The translations under genes and the position numbers were made by a program. From assembly GCA_963836185.1 (NCBI GenBank), contig CAWIIQ010000001.1:1984001-2048000 (forward strand): a stretch of 64,000 nucleotides of DNA, in the 5' to 3' direction. Numbering within the stretch: position 1 is the stretch's first letter; every line of letters starts with the position of its first letter. This document shows, piece by piece, positions 39,767 through 48,946 of the stretch. A model generated the notes under the pieces. It saw nothing but the letters and a program-made list of their open reading frames with translations, made no database searches and had not been told where the DNA came from. The DNA is from Candidatus Krumholzibacteriia bacterium. Its GTDB lineage: Bacteria > Krumholzibacteriota > Krumholzibacteriia > Krumholzibacteriales > Krumholzibacteriaceae.

Positions 39767-41041
39767 CTATTCCCTGCTGCGCTTCGTCCCCCTGATCGCG
39801 CAGAACTCCCCGCACATCGTGCAGAGGTCCTCCGATCCCGCGGGGCTCGCGTCGAACATCTCCCTCGCCTTCGGAGGATCGATACTCGAATCGAGAGCTG
39901 CCTGCCAGTCGAGCTTCGCCCTCGAGGTTGAGATCTTCCGGTCCCAGTCGGCCGCTCCGCGGACGCCCTTGGCGATATCTCCCGCATGGGCGGCGATCCT
40001 CGTGCCGATGACGCCGTCACGCACATCCGCTACAGAAGGGAGCCTCAGATGCTCCGCCGGTGTGACATAGCAGAGGAAATCGGCACCGTGCCACGCCGCG
40101 ACCGCACCGCCGATCGCTGCGGTGATGTGATCGTATCCGGGGGCGACATCTGTCACGAGCGGTCCGAGAACGTAGAAGGGCGCTCCTCCGCAGACCTTCT
40201 TCTGCAGCATCATGTTCGCGGGGATCTCGTGGATAGGCACATGGCCGGGGCCCTCGACGAAAACGCTGACCCCCGCTTTTCTCGCCCTGTCGACCAGTTC
40301 CCCGATGACGAGCAGTTCGCCTATCTGCGGACGGTCGGTCGAATCGGCGATCGCTCCGGGGCGCAGGCCGTCTCCGAGACTCAGCGCGAAGTCGTATTCG
40401 TGCGCGAGCTCGAGGAGCTCGTCGTAATATTCGTAGTACGGGTTCTCCTTTTCATTCTTCACGATCCACTGGAGAAGGAAGCAGCCTCCCCGGCTTACGA
40501 CTCCGGCGGTCCTGCTCCTGGCCACCTCTTCGGCGAGCCTGCGCACAAGGCCGCAATGTATAGTCATGAAATCGACGCCGTCTTTCGCCTGGCGCTCGAC
40601 TACTCCGAGAAAATCTTTCTTCGTGCAGTCCGCTATCTCCCCGCCTCTTCTCGTCACCTCGACGACAGACTGGTATATCGGGACCGTCCCGACAGGGACT
40701 GTGCATTTCTCGAGGATCGTCCGCCTTATCGCGTCGATGTCTCCCCCAGTCGAGAGGTCCATCAGAGCGTCGGCTCCAGCCTCTATGGCGACTTCGAGCT
40801 TCTCCAGTTCTATCGCGGGATCGTCATGGTCCGGGCTCGTACCTATATTGGCGTTTACCTTTGTGCTCAGACCCTCGCCGATACCTATCACCCGGCTGTG
40901 AGAACGAGCGTACCCGTTGATCACGACCCTCCCGTCGGCGACAAGGACCCTGAGCTCTTCGGGATCTATTCCTTCGAACCGCGCCACTTCCTTCAGTGCG
41001 GATGTTATCTCGCCCGCCCTGGCCTTTTCGACTTCCGTCAC
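39767..41041 (-). CDS. thiC: Phosphomethylpyrimidine synthase ThiC family (short form)
   Basis: KVNANIGTS, MDLSTGG, SRGG, EGPGH, PGYDHIT and CTMCGEFC motifs. Confidence 0.88.
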   Translation of the reverse strand: MTEVEKARAGEITSALKEVARFEGIDPEELRVLVADGRVVINGYARSHSRVIGIGEGLSTKVNANIGTSPDHDDPAIELEKLEVAIEAGADALMDLSTGGDIDAIRRTILEKCTVPVGTVPIYQSVVEVTRRGGEIADCTKKDFLGVVERQAKDGVDFMTIHCGLVRRLAEEVARSRTAGVVSRGGCFLLQWIVKNEKENPYYEYYDELLELAHEYDFALSLGDGLRPGAIADSTDRPQIGELLVIGELVDRARKAGVSVFVEGPGHVPIHEIPANMMLQKKVCGGAPFYVLGPLVTDVAPGYDHITAAIGGAVAAWHGADFLCYVTPAEHLRLPSVADVRDGVIGTRIAAHAGDIAKGVRGAADWDRKISTSRAKLDWQAALDSSIDPPKAREMFDASPAGSEDLCTMCGEFCAIRGTKRSRE

Positions 41042-41125
41042 GCGGAGCCTCCTCTCGTCATTCGTTCAAGGGCAATCTAGTATAATCTACAGGTCCTGCC
41101 CTTGCTACCAAGTTTTTTCGGATGC

Positions 41126-42886
41126 TCAGAAGTTCTCGATAAGAGATATGTGGATCAGCATGCCGTCCAGTGCGACCTTCTCTCCCATTCCGAAGCTCAG
41201 CGCCACCGTGCCGAGCTTCGAGGAGGACATAAGACCGAACCCGAGCCCGTCGAGGAAGTTCCAGCCGGTGTCTTTCCTGTAATACACCCCGGCGTCGTAG
41301 AAAAGGAATATCCTCGAAGCCCCGCCGAACCTGTATTCGAAGTTGGCCCAGCCGATCTTCTCGCCGCGGAACTGGTTCTCGCGATATCCTCTCAGGCTCC
41401 TCGCCCCGCCGAGCGGGTACGTCTCTGCCGGCTGGACGGCATCTTTGGAGAAGACTCCCATCGAAACGAGCCGCATGTAGACCGACTGCCTGGAAAAGAC
41501 AGGTATCTCAGTGTCCCCTTCGACACTGTAAAGAAGCTGGCCATCGGTGTCAGTCACGTCGCCGGTGTATCCCTTCCGTAACGCTCCCTCCACCCTTAGA
41601 GCCAGATGGGCGCGCCCCGGCCAGATCGCCCTTGCTCCCGTGCGGAACCTGTGACGCACGCTCCTGTCAAGATCGGGATCGTTCTGCGGGATGTTGTTGT
41701 CCCATGAATAGCCGGCTGACAGCTCGCTGCCCGGACTCAAGCTGAGGCTCATGTCGAAGCCGACCATCGAGTAGTCGTACAGAGTATCGTAAACGTCCTG
41801 CCTCAACTCCGCGTCCAGTCCGGGAGGGAGCGAGAAAAAGAAATCCTCTGAGTACCTGAACTGGAGCGTCTGGAAACTCACTCCATCGTTGAGCCACCTG
41901 AAATCGACGTCCCTTCCGCTGCCCCCGATATTCCTCAGGGCGATGTCGACTGACCCGTTCGTGACATAGCCTTCGTCTTCTTTCTTGGCAAACCCGAATA
42001 TTCCCTGGATCGAATTCCCCCGATTCATCTCCTCGACGGGGATCCTCACATCCACCGTTCCGGGGCCGAGCCTTCTGACCTCGGGCTGGCCGACGCTGGA
42101 AAAGAGGCCGGAGGCCGAGAGATAGCGCGGAGCCCGAGCCAGCTTCTCCTCGTCGAACCGCTCTCCCTCACCGAGTCTCGAGGTCTTAAGCGCCAGCGAG
42201 GTATCGGTCTTCGTGAGGCCGTCGAAAACGACTGTCTCCACTATCGATTCCTCGCCGCCGTATACGGCGAAGTTCAGATCTACGGTGTTCGACCCGGGAT
42301 CGTATTCGAAACCGGTCATCCAGACCTGGGCATAGGGATAGCCTGCATGATTAAGCTCACCCAGAAGCTCCTTCATCGCGCTCTCCAAGGCGACCGGATC
42401 GAACGGCATACCCTCGCCGGCTCCGAGCTTACCCACCAGCTCCGCTTCGGGGATGACTTCCGATCCTGTGACCGTGACGCCATCGATCCTCGTCAGGCTT
42501 CCTTCGGAGATCAGCATCGTTATCTCTACTGACTCTCCCCTCACCACCGTGTCGACGGCGGCACGCGCGCCGAGCAGTCCAACGGAGAAGCACAGGGAAT
42601 CGATCCTCCCGAGCTCGAGATCGAGGAGTGAATCGCTCAGCTGAGAGCCCTTCCTGAGATAGCTCCCGCGTCCGGCTGCCCCGACATCGATCAGCTCCAA
42701 TCCTTCCCAGCGGACCTTCGATATCCAGGGACGGACCACGGATGCGCTGTCCCCGACCTCCTGTGCGGAAGCGATGCCCCCTGCGGCGGACACACCTCCC
42801 CACGGGGCGGAGAGGACCGCCGTCGCGACGAGCGCGGCCGCCACGAACGCTCTAGAAGTAAGCGCGGCTTTCCAGCTTGAAAGCAT
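41126..42886 (-). CDS. Omp85 (BamA/TamA-like) outer-membrane protein with POTRA domains
   Basis: Signal peptide, about 3 POTRA-like repeats (GYPYAQV, SGLFSSV), NIGGSGR, LGGARSLRGYRE lid motif, terminal F. Confidence 0.9.
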   Translation of the reverse strand: MLSSWKAALTSRAFVAAALVATAVLSAPWGGVSAAGGIASAQEVGDSASVVRPWISKVRWEGLELIDVGAAGRGSYLRKGSQLSDSLLDLELGRIDSLCFSVGLLGARAAVDTVVRGESVEITMLISEGSLTRIDGVTVTGSEVIPEAELVGKLGAGEGMPFDPVALESAMKELLGELNHAGYPYAQVWMTGFEYDPGSNTVDLNFAVYGGEESIVETVVFDGLTKTDTSLALKTSRLGEGERFDEEKLARAPRYLSASGLFSSVGQPEVRRLGPGTVDVRIPVEEMNRGNSIQGIFGFAKKEDEGYVTNGSVDIALRNIGGSGRDVDFRWLNDGVSFQTLQFRYSEDFFFSLPPGLDAELRQDVYDTLYDYSMVGFDMSLSLSPGSELSAGYSWDNNIPQNDPDLDRSVRHRFRTGARAIWPGRAHLALRVEGALRKGYTGDVTDTDGQLLYSVEGDTEIPVFSRQSVYMRLVSMGVFSKDAVQPAETYPLGGARSLRGYRENQFRGEKIGWANFEYRFGGASRIFLFYDAGVYYRKDTGWNFLDGLGFGLMSSSKLGTVALSFGMGEKVALDGMLIHISLIENF

Positions 42887-45800
42887 GGACTGTCCTTACC
42901 TCTCCGGTGTAATCCTTTTCCCTGTACCCGTTGTAATTTATTCCGAAACTGATGAACTTCGTGAACCTGTACTGTCCCACGACTGTCCAGTCCTGCCTCA
43001 GGCCATCCTCGAGGAAGAAGAGAGGTTTGCCCTCACTCGCCTTCTCATCTGTCAAGGTCAGCCGCAGAAGGGCATTGACATGGATCCTCGTCCCGATCGA
43101 TGCGTCGCAGGAGGGAGCGCCGAAGATCGAGACCTGCTCAGCCAGCGAGACTGCGTCCTTCCTCTCCTCCACGCCACCCTCCAGGGCGAGCCTGATCGAT
43201 GGTCTCAGCTTCCAGGCCAGTATCACCGAGCCCTCGAGGGATTCTACCCTGTACATCTGGCCAGCCGCCCCCGTGACCATTCGGGAACTCAACGAGGTCT
43301 GTCCCTGGAAAGTCAGGGTGAGCGAACTGACCGGGATCAGCTCGAACCTTCCCTGGATCTCCCTGCTGTATCTCTCTACAGAGACATCCTCGCTGCGGTT
43401 GTCCTCCTCATCCTCCCTGAAATAGACCAGCCTGAGATTGTAACCCTTCACATCCCCGAGAAAACCCCACTCCGTCCTGAAACTGTTTTTTCCGTAGAGC
43501 GTCCACTCATCTCTCTGCAGGACGGACGGGTCGAGAAGGTAGAGCTTCGCCAGCTCATCGCTGCGGGATCTCTCTACGACTGAGAAGAAGTTATCGACTG
43601 ATACGTTCCTTCTGATCCACTGCCACGTTCCGGTATCCTCGGAGAGCATGAGAGACAGGCCGCGAACGCCGCTCCCGATACTGAGCTTCCATGAGAGCTC
43701 CACCGTCCGGACGGGGACCACGTCCTCGGCTGGAAGGAAGATGATCATGTAGTCGCCCCTGTTCTGCCCGACCTCGCTGCCATCCTCGTCGTAATCGCCC
43801 TGGTTGTCGCCGACGTATACGACAGCCTTCTCTAGTTTTCTGTCGACTCCCGAGCTTATGCGGTAGCTCAGATCGTTCGTCATCGAGCCGGCCCACCATA
43901 CATCCCTGTACCTGAGCCTCGCGAGATCGTTCCTCGCGTTCCCGCCAGTATCTTCATATCTGGTGTTTCGCCTGCTCGCAACAAGCTCCACTATCGACTC
44001 TCCCGAGGTGAACCCCCCGTCGAACCTGATCTCGTCGTTCTCCCTCGACCTGAACCACTCCCCTCCCTCGTCCTCCATACTGTCGGTGTTCCTCATTGTA
44101 TAAGAAAGCGTCCCCCTGAAACTTCCCGCTCCCCTCCTGGACACAGAGAAAATATTCTGATAGTAGAACCTGCCCGTATCGGGAGCGTCGGAATTAAACG
44201 ACCGGTACCTTTCGGTATCGAATACGGCCCGCGGAAGGAGTTTCCAGAAACCGAACGCTCCATCCGCGTGCAGGTACCTCCTGTCCCGGCCGAGATCGTT
44301 CTTCGAATCGTAAGCCGCCGACTCCAGCCCGCGGTCGGCTTTGTCGCCGAAGGCCAGCGAAGCCTCGCCCTTCCTCGCCCCCGGCCCGTCCGTCCGCTCG
44401 AGCCTGTCATACCTTCCGGTGACCTTCCATAACGTCTCACTCTCCCATAACAGGTTCAGGCCCGAGATCTTCTCCGTTCCCTGGAGGGGAATGTCTGAAA
44501 GGTTCCAGTTCCTGTAAAAATACGCGCCCCTCGCCTGGTCGGGAGCGTGGAACCTCTCTTCGAGCGAGGAGTACTCTGCGAGCAGTGACAGCCTGGTAGA
44601 GCCTATCGACTGGTCCTTCACTCCGCCGCTGAGCCTGAGCGCCCCTCCTTCATTGTCGTCGTCATCGATACTGGACAGGACGTTCGCGTCGAAAATGGAT
44701 ATGTCCCCCTCCCCCGAGAAGAAGAGGCTCCCCTTCGCCGCGTCGATACCGAGGGAGATGACCTCCTTGCGCTCGGGCAGAGGGAGCGGTTTGCCGACGA
44801 GGTAATTACCGAGGCCGGGGCCGATATACACATACTTCACCTCGCCCCTCCTGGTAAATCCATCGGTGACGTAGTCACCTTTCCCGTCTCCCGCTTCGTA
44901 GAAGTCTACGATGAACGTCCCCCCCTCCTCAACGAACTCGAAATGCTCGGGCAGCGTATCGGCTGGAACGAGGATATATGCATCGAGAGCGTTCTCGACC
45001 GGCGTTATCCCCTCACTGACCGCACCCAGCGGATCGTCTCCCGCCCCGGCGATGATATCCTTCTCCTCGTCAGTTATCACGCCTCTCACCGGATCGTCGG
45101 GATCGTCTGATTCCCTGAAGTAGAATCCCCTCAGCGTAACCGCCCCACCCGCGAGAGGCGATGCCACGCCTCCAGTAAGCGTTGTCCTGCCGTACCCGTC
45201 CTCACCACTCTGGAATTCGACGATGATCTCCGAATCGGCCGATATCGTCACCCTTTCGGTGAATGTGATCGTCCCCCTGCCGTAATCTATGACGTAGTGG
45301 TTCTCCGCGCCGCGAAGCATCTCCATGCCGTCGAGAAATACCTTTTCCGTGCCCGGCAGTATGATCACGCCATTGAAACGCCTCGCGTCAAGAAGCTCGT
45401 ATGGCCCCTGGACACCCTCGATCCCGAAGAAATTCGATCTCTGGAACCTGCCCTTGGTTATCCCCCCCCCGGCGAAGAGTTCCTGGTTCCATGCGTTCAC
45501 CTTCACCGAGGCACCCCGCAGCTCCCGCTCGAATCGAGAGAAACTCGACCAGTTGTTCCCGCTGATAAAATCGCCGAAGTTCGTCTCCGTATGCCGGCTC
45601 TTGACCTGAACGGCGACCTTGTCGAGCTGCTTGAGCTCTTCAGTGTTGCCCTGGGGCTGGACGGGAAGATTGTCGTCGGTCAGATATGCCCGGACCTCGA
45701 GGTCCTTCGCCAGCTTTCCCATCATTGTCACCCGAAGACTCTGGTCGATGCCCAGGTCCTTGCCCGAGCCTCCCGAGAATCCGACAGTCTTGTTTCCGGA

Positions 45801-46262
45801 GAGCCTGAGCTTGTACGGATTGACTTGCGATTCGCTCTTACGGTCCACAGTGGAGATCTCGGGCATCGTGACCTGGTACTCGGGACGTTCCCCCGGAAAC
45901 CTCGATGCGAAGACGGGCGCGAAAGCGAACGGGTAGCGCTTCCACCTGACCTCGAGTATCTCGCCTCCTGAAGGAGGCTCGACAAGTATCAGCGAGCCCT
46001 TGAGTACATTTATCCTGTAATCCGTTTCCCTCCGAAGCGGCAGGCCATCGATGGTCAGCGAGTCGCTCCCCGCTATGATGAACGACACTCCGAGATCGAT
46101 GCGGGTCATACCCTCGGAAAGAACGATCCTCTTCGACTCTACATAGTGGTCGCGCACCGGCGCCATCACGCGCAGGTTCCCATCCTCCGTCGCCGAAGCC
46201 TGTCCGGCGGCCAGAAATGTCAGGAGAACGGCTGCCTGAAGTCGAAAGGAACTCATGGTCAT
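42852..46262 (-). CDS. Large uncharacterised outer-membrane protein (1136 aa), predicted beta-barrel
   Basis: Signal peptide, DDNLPVQPQGNTEELKQLDKV, GVQGPYEL, many amphipathic beta-strands, terminal RAYF; overlaps both neighbours. Confidence 0.75.
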   Translation of the reverse strand: MTMSSFRLQAAVLLTFLAAGQASATEDGNLRVMAPVRDHYVESKRIVLSEGMTRIDLGVSFIIAGSDSLTIDGLPLRRETDYRINVLKGSLILVEPPSGGEILEVRWKRYPFAFAPVFASRFPGERPEYQVTMPEISTVDRKSESQVNPYKLRLSGNKTVGFSGGSGKDLGIDQSLRVTMMGKLAKDLEVRAYLTDDNLPVQPQGNTEELKQLDKVAVQVKSRHTETNFGDFISGNNWSSFSRFERELRGASVKVNAWNQELFAGGGITKGRFQRSNFFGIEGVQGPYELLDARRFNGVIILPGTEKVFLDGMEMLRGAENHYVIDYGRGTITFTERVTISADSEIIVEFQSGEDGYGRTTLTGGVASPLAGGAVTLRGFYFRESDDPDDPVRGVITDEEKDIIAGAGDDPLGAVSEGITPVENALDAYILVPADTLPEHFEFVEEGGTFIVDFYEAGDGKGDYVTDGFTRRGEVKYVYIGPGLGNYLVGKPLPLPERKEVISLGIDAAKGSLFFSGEGDISIFDANVLSSIDDDDNEGGALRLSGGVKDQSIGSTRLSLLAEYSSLEERFHAPDQARGAYFYRNWNLSDIPLQGTEKISGLNLLWESETLWKVTGRYDRLERTDGPGARKGEASLAFGDKADRGLESAAYDSKNDLGRDRRYLHADGAFGFWKLLPRAVFDTERYRSFNSDAPDTGRFYYQNIFSVSRRGAGSFRGTLSYTMRNTDSMEDEGGEWFRSRENDEIRFDGGFTSGESIVELVASRRNTRYEDTGGNARNDLARLRYRDVWWAGSMTNDLSYRISSGVDRKLEKAVVYVGDNQGDYDEDGSEVGQNRGDYMIIFLPAEDVVPVRTVELSWKLSIGSGVRGLSLMLSEDTGTWQWIRRNVSVDNFFSVVERSRSDELAKLYLLDPSVLQRDEWTLYGKNSFRTEWGFLGDVKGYNLRLVYFREDEEDNRSEDVSVERYSREIQGRFELIPVSSLTLTFQGQTSLSSRMVTGAAGQMYRVESLEGSVILAWKLRPSIRLALEGGVEERKDAVSLAEQVSIFGAPSCDASIGTRIHVNALLRLTLTDEKASEGKPLFFLEDGLRQDWTVVGQYRFTKFISFGINYNGYREKDYTGEVRTVHAFKLESRAYF

Positions 46263-47179
46263 TTACCGGGGTAGTCTAGACGATATACGAGGATCGACCT
46301 CGTCTTGAGGTCGGCGACGTAAAGGCGGAAGTCCCATGAGACCGCCACCGCAGAGGGCCTGATATCTTCCCCTTCGCCTATCGTCAGCACGTGGTCGAGC
46401 GAAGGGGTAAATCCGTAGACCCGGCCCGATCCCGGGTCGGCCACAAAGAGATAACCGTCGAGCCCGCCGCAGACGTACCGGGGAGATCTCATCTCTTCCC
46501 CATCGGCGAGAAGAGCGTACCCCTCGAAACCTCCCGAGCCTCCCAGGATCTGCACGCGGGCATTCCCGAATTCCGCCACGGCGATCTTCTCATCACCGAA
46601 CAGGGCGGCCTTTACCGGCTTCTCGAAACTGCCGTCCGCCCAGCCGTACTCCCCCGTCTTTATCTCCACATCGAGAAGGGGCGACCAGACTGTCAGGCTG
46701 TGATTCTCGAGATCGGTCGTAAGAAGCCGTCCGCCCGTGCTGCTCGTCAGGGAAGCGGGTTTCATCCTCTCATACTTGGAGAACTCGATAAGCACATCGA
46801 GCCAGGCTCCCTTGTATTCATACCTCAGTATCCTGTTGCCCGCGTAATCGAGCACGTATACGAACGTGCCGTGCGCCGCTACGTCCAGGGGGTAGAATCC
46901 CGCATCGAGATCCGGCGCCTCGAATTCGAGAGGGGTCCCATCGCGCGAATACCTGTATACCTTTCCCGCCATCGGGTCGGCGACAAGGATGAATCCCCTG
47001 TCATCGACAGAGAGGCCGAGCGGCTCGCGCAGTTTCCCCGCACCGATGACGATATCGAGCCGCTCCGCGCGGAGCGGCTCCGCCGCGGCGACTGAAGTGG
47101 AGTCATCCCCGGCACGCGCGCCGGCGGCCAGCGTGACTACGCAAAGCAGGATGCATGACGTTATCGAAGGAGTTTTCAT
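46259..47179 (-). CDS. Exported NHL-repeat beta-propeller protein
   Basis: Signal peptide and repeats such as PLGLSVD..G.ILVAD, PLDVAA, IAVAEFGNARVQ and LYVAD. Confidence 0.85.
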   Translation of the reverse strand: MKTPSITSCILLCVVTLAAGARAGDDSTSVAAAEPLRAERLDIVIGAGKLREPLGLSVDDRGFILVADPMAGKVYRYSRDGTPLEFEAPDLDAGFYPLDVAAHGTFVYVLDYAGNRILRYEYKGAWLDVLIEFSKYERMKPASLTSSTGGRLLTTDLENHSLTVWSPLLDVEIKTGEYGWADGSFEKPVKAALFGDEKIAVAEFGNARVQILGGSGGFEGYALLADGEEMRSPRYVCGGLDGYLFVADPGSGRVYGFTPSLDHVLTIGEGEDIRPSAVAVSWDFRLYVADLKTRSILVYRLDYPGK

Positions 47180-47210
47180 CTGACGTCCGTTTCCCCGCGA
47201 CGGTGGATCG

Positions 47211-48005
47211 TCAGAACGGTTTGTTGACCGCGAAAAAGAATCCGCCCGGTCTCGGTCCCGCCTCGATCCTCACGGGAATGTTCGACGAGGTTTCGGCGTC
47301 ATTCGCCGACTTCCGGGCAATATAGACCGCGTCTACAGAGCTGACGACCCTGAGCGCGAAGAGATAAAAAGCCGAGTAAATCGCGTAGCGTTCGGCATCC
47401 TCGCTGTCGCCCCTGAGGGTGTTGAAGTTGTGCTGGGCCTCGGACGAGCTCCACCGCCACGACATCTCCGTCGTGATATAGTTATCGAGGTAATAGCTGT
47501 CCATCGCCTCCTGATCGGGGTAGTACAGGTCGCGGGCCTCGCGCCTGACATACTCGTTGTATCCACCGGGGCCGTCGCTGCTTATCCACCTGCCGACATT
47601 CTCGTAATAACTCTGGTCATACCCGGTGCCGTTGACACCCGCGTAAGCCTGGGCGTAATCATTGTAGGCGTCCTCTTTGGAATCAGACCTGTAGAGAGAT
47701 GTCCCGAGCATCAGCCAGCCAGCGCCCTCCAGAGCGAAATATACATATGCCCTCTTCTTTCGCCCCATCCTGTACTGTCCCAGGCCGGGAAGCAGGAAAC
47801 TCCACGCGCCCTCTGCGGCGGGAGAGTATGTCCCGACCGCGGGGGCGGTATCGTCTTCCTGGGGCAGACCTTCAGAGGCAAGGTGGTAGCCGTAGCCGCC
47901 GGCACCAGCCTCCGATGAAAGCTCTGTAGAGAATGATCCGGCTTTCAACGCTCCCGGGGAGGCTGTCACGATCACAAGCAGAAATATTGTAAGCTTCTTC
48001 ATCAT
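47211..48005 (-). CDS. Exported hypothetical protein (DUF5683-like), paralog 1
   Basis: Signal peptide, SFLLPGLGQY, YYENVG, LRVVSSVDA; ends in F. Confidence 0.65.
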   Translation of the reverse strand: MMKKLTIFLLVIVTASPGALKAGSFSTELSSEAGAGGYGYHLASEGLPQEDDTAPAVGTYSPAAEGAWSFLLPGLGQYRMGRKKRAYVYFALEGAGWLMLGTSLYRSDSKEDAYNDYAQAYAGVNGTGYDQSYYENVGRWISSDGPGGYNEYVRREARDLYYPDQEAMDSYYLDNYITTEMSWRWSSSEAQHNFNTLRGDSEDAERYAIYSAFYLFALRVVSSVDAVYIARKSANDAETSSNIPVRIEAGPRPGGFFFAVNKPF

Positions 48006-48012
48006 AATCTCC

Positions 48013-48933
48013 CTAGAAACGATAATTGACCCCGACCGCGGAATACTCCAGTCCCGGCCGGAATTCGAGCGTCAGGCCCTTGTCGTCGTAAACGCCCTTG
48101 TTGTACCTGTAGGCGAGGTAGCCTGCATCGAGCATCGAGACGACACGGTTCAGTATCAGTGCCATCACGTAGCGGTCCGCCGTGAGAAGATAATCGTCAC
48201 TCTCGGTACGCATCGCCCAGTAGCTCGTCCTGTTCGGGGTCCATGCTTCGACATTTTCGTAGTCCCCGTTCCAGTCGTCCCACCCGAAGGAAAAGGCGTC
48301 GTATTTTCCCATGTTCTCGTAATATTCCTCGTGATCGAGCTCTTTCGGGATATACACGAAGTAATAGTAATCCCCCTTGGCATCCTCGTTGTACTGCTGC
48401 CAGCTGTCGCATCCGCCGATCCCGTCGCAGTAGGGATGCTGCAGGAGGAACCTCTCCTCGCTCCAGTGCTCGTCACCGAACCTCTCGTACTCGGCTTTGA
48501 TTTCCTTGCCCTTGTCATAGTTATCCCGGTAAGAGTACCAGAAGAATATGTCCAGCCCGATGAATATCGGTGTCCTTATATAGTGTGAGAGCTTATTCGA
48601 GCCGGTGGCGACGTAAAGCTCGCCCATTCCGGGAATGATCACCGACGAAAGCATGGCGAGGCCGATGTTTCTGCTGGACCGCGTCGAGACGGCCGCACCC
48701 GCTTCCTGGGCCCCCGCTCTCTGCGCGGCGAGCTCCTCACGCGAGACCACGGGTGTCTCGAGCTTCGTTCCCGTAAGCCTCAGCGTCTCGGTCATCTCGT
48801 ATTTCTCGAGATCGAACGCCCGGTGGTCAGTGTCTTTAGACGCGTCCGCGGCCGGAACAGGTGCGGCATGTGCCTGTGGCAGAAGGCCCGCGAGGAGCAG
48901 GGCAAGCAGGCAGCTGATGATAAAACGCATCAA
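48013..48933 (-). CDS. Exported hypothetical protein (DUF5683-like), paralog 2
   Basis: Signal peptide, SVIIPGMGELY, YYENMG, NRVVSMLDA; ends VNYRF. Confidence 0.65.
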   Translation of the reverse strand: MMRFIISCLLALLLAGLLPQAHAAPVPAADASKDTDHRAFDLEKYEMTETLRLTGTKLETPVVSREELAAQRAGAQEAGAAVSTRSSRNIGLAMLSSVIIPGMGELYVATGSNKLSHYIRTPIFIGLDIFFWYSYRDNYDKGKEIKAEYERFGDEHWSEERFLLQHPYCDGIGGCDSWQQYNEDAKGDYYYFVYIPKELDHEEYYENMGKYDAFSFGWDDWNGDYENVEAWTPNRTSYWAMRTESDDYLLTADRYVMALILNRVVSMLDAGYLAYRYNKGVYDDKGLTLEFRPGLEYSAVGVNYRF

Positions 48934-48946
48934 TATCCTCCGGTCG

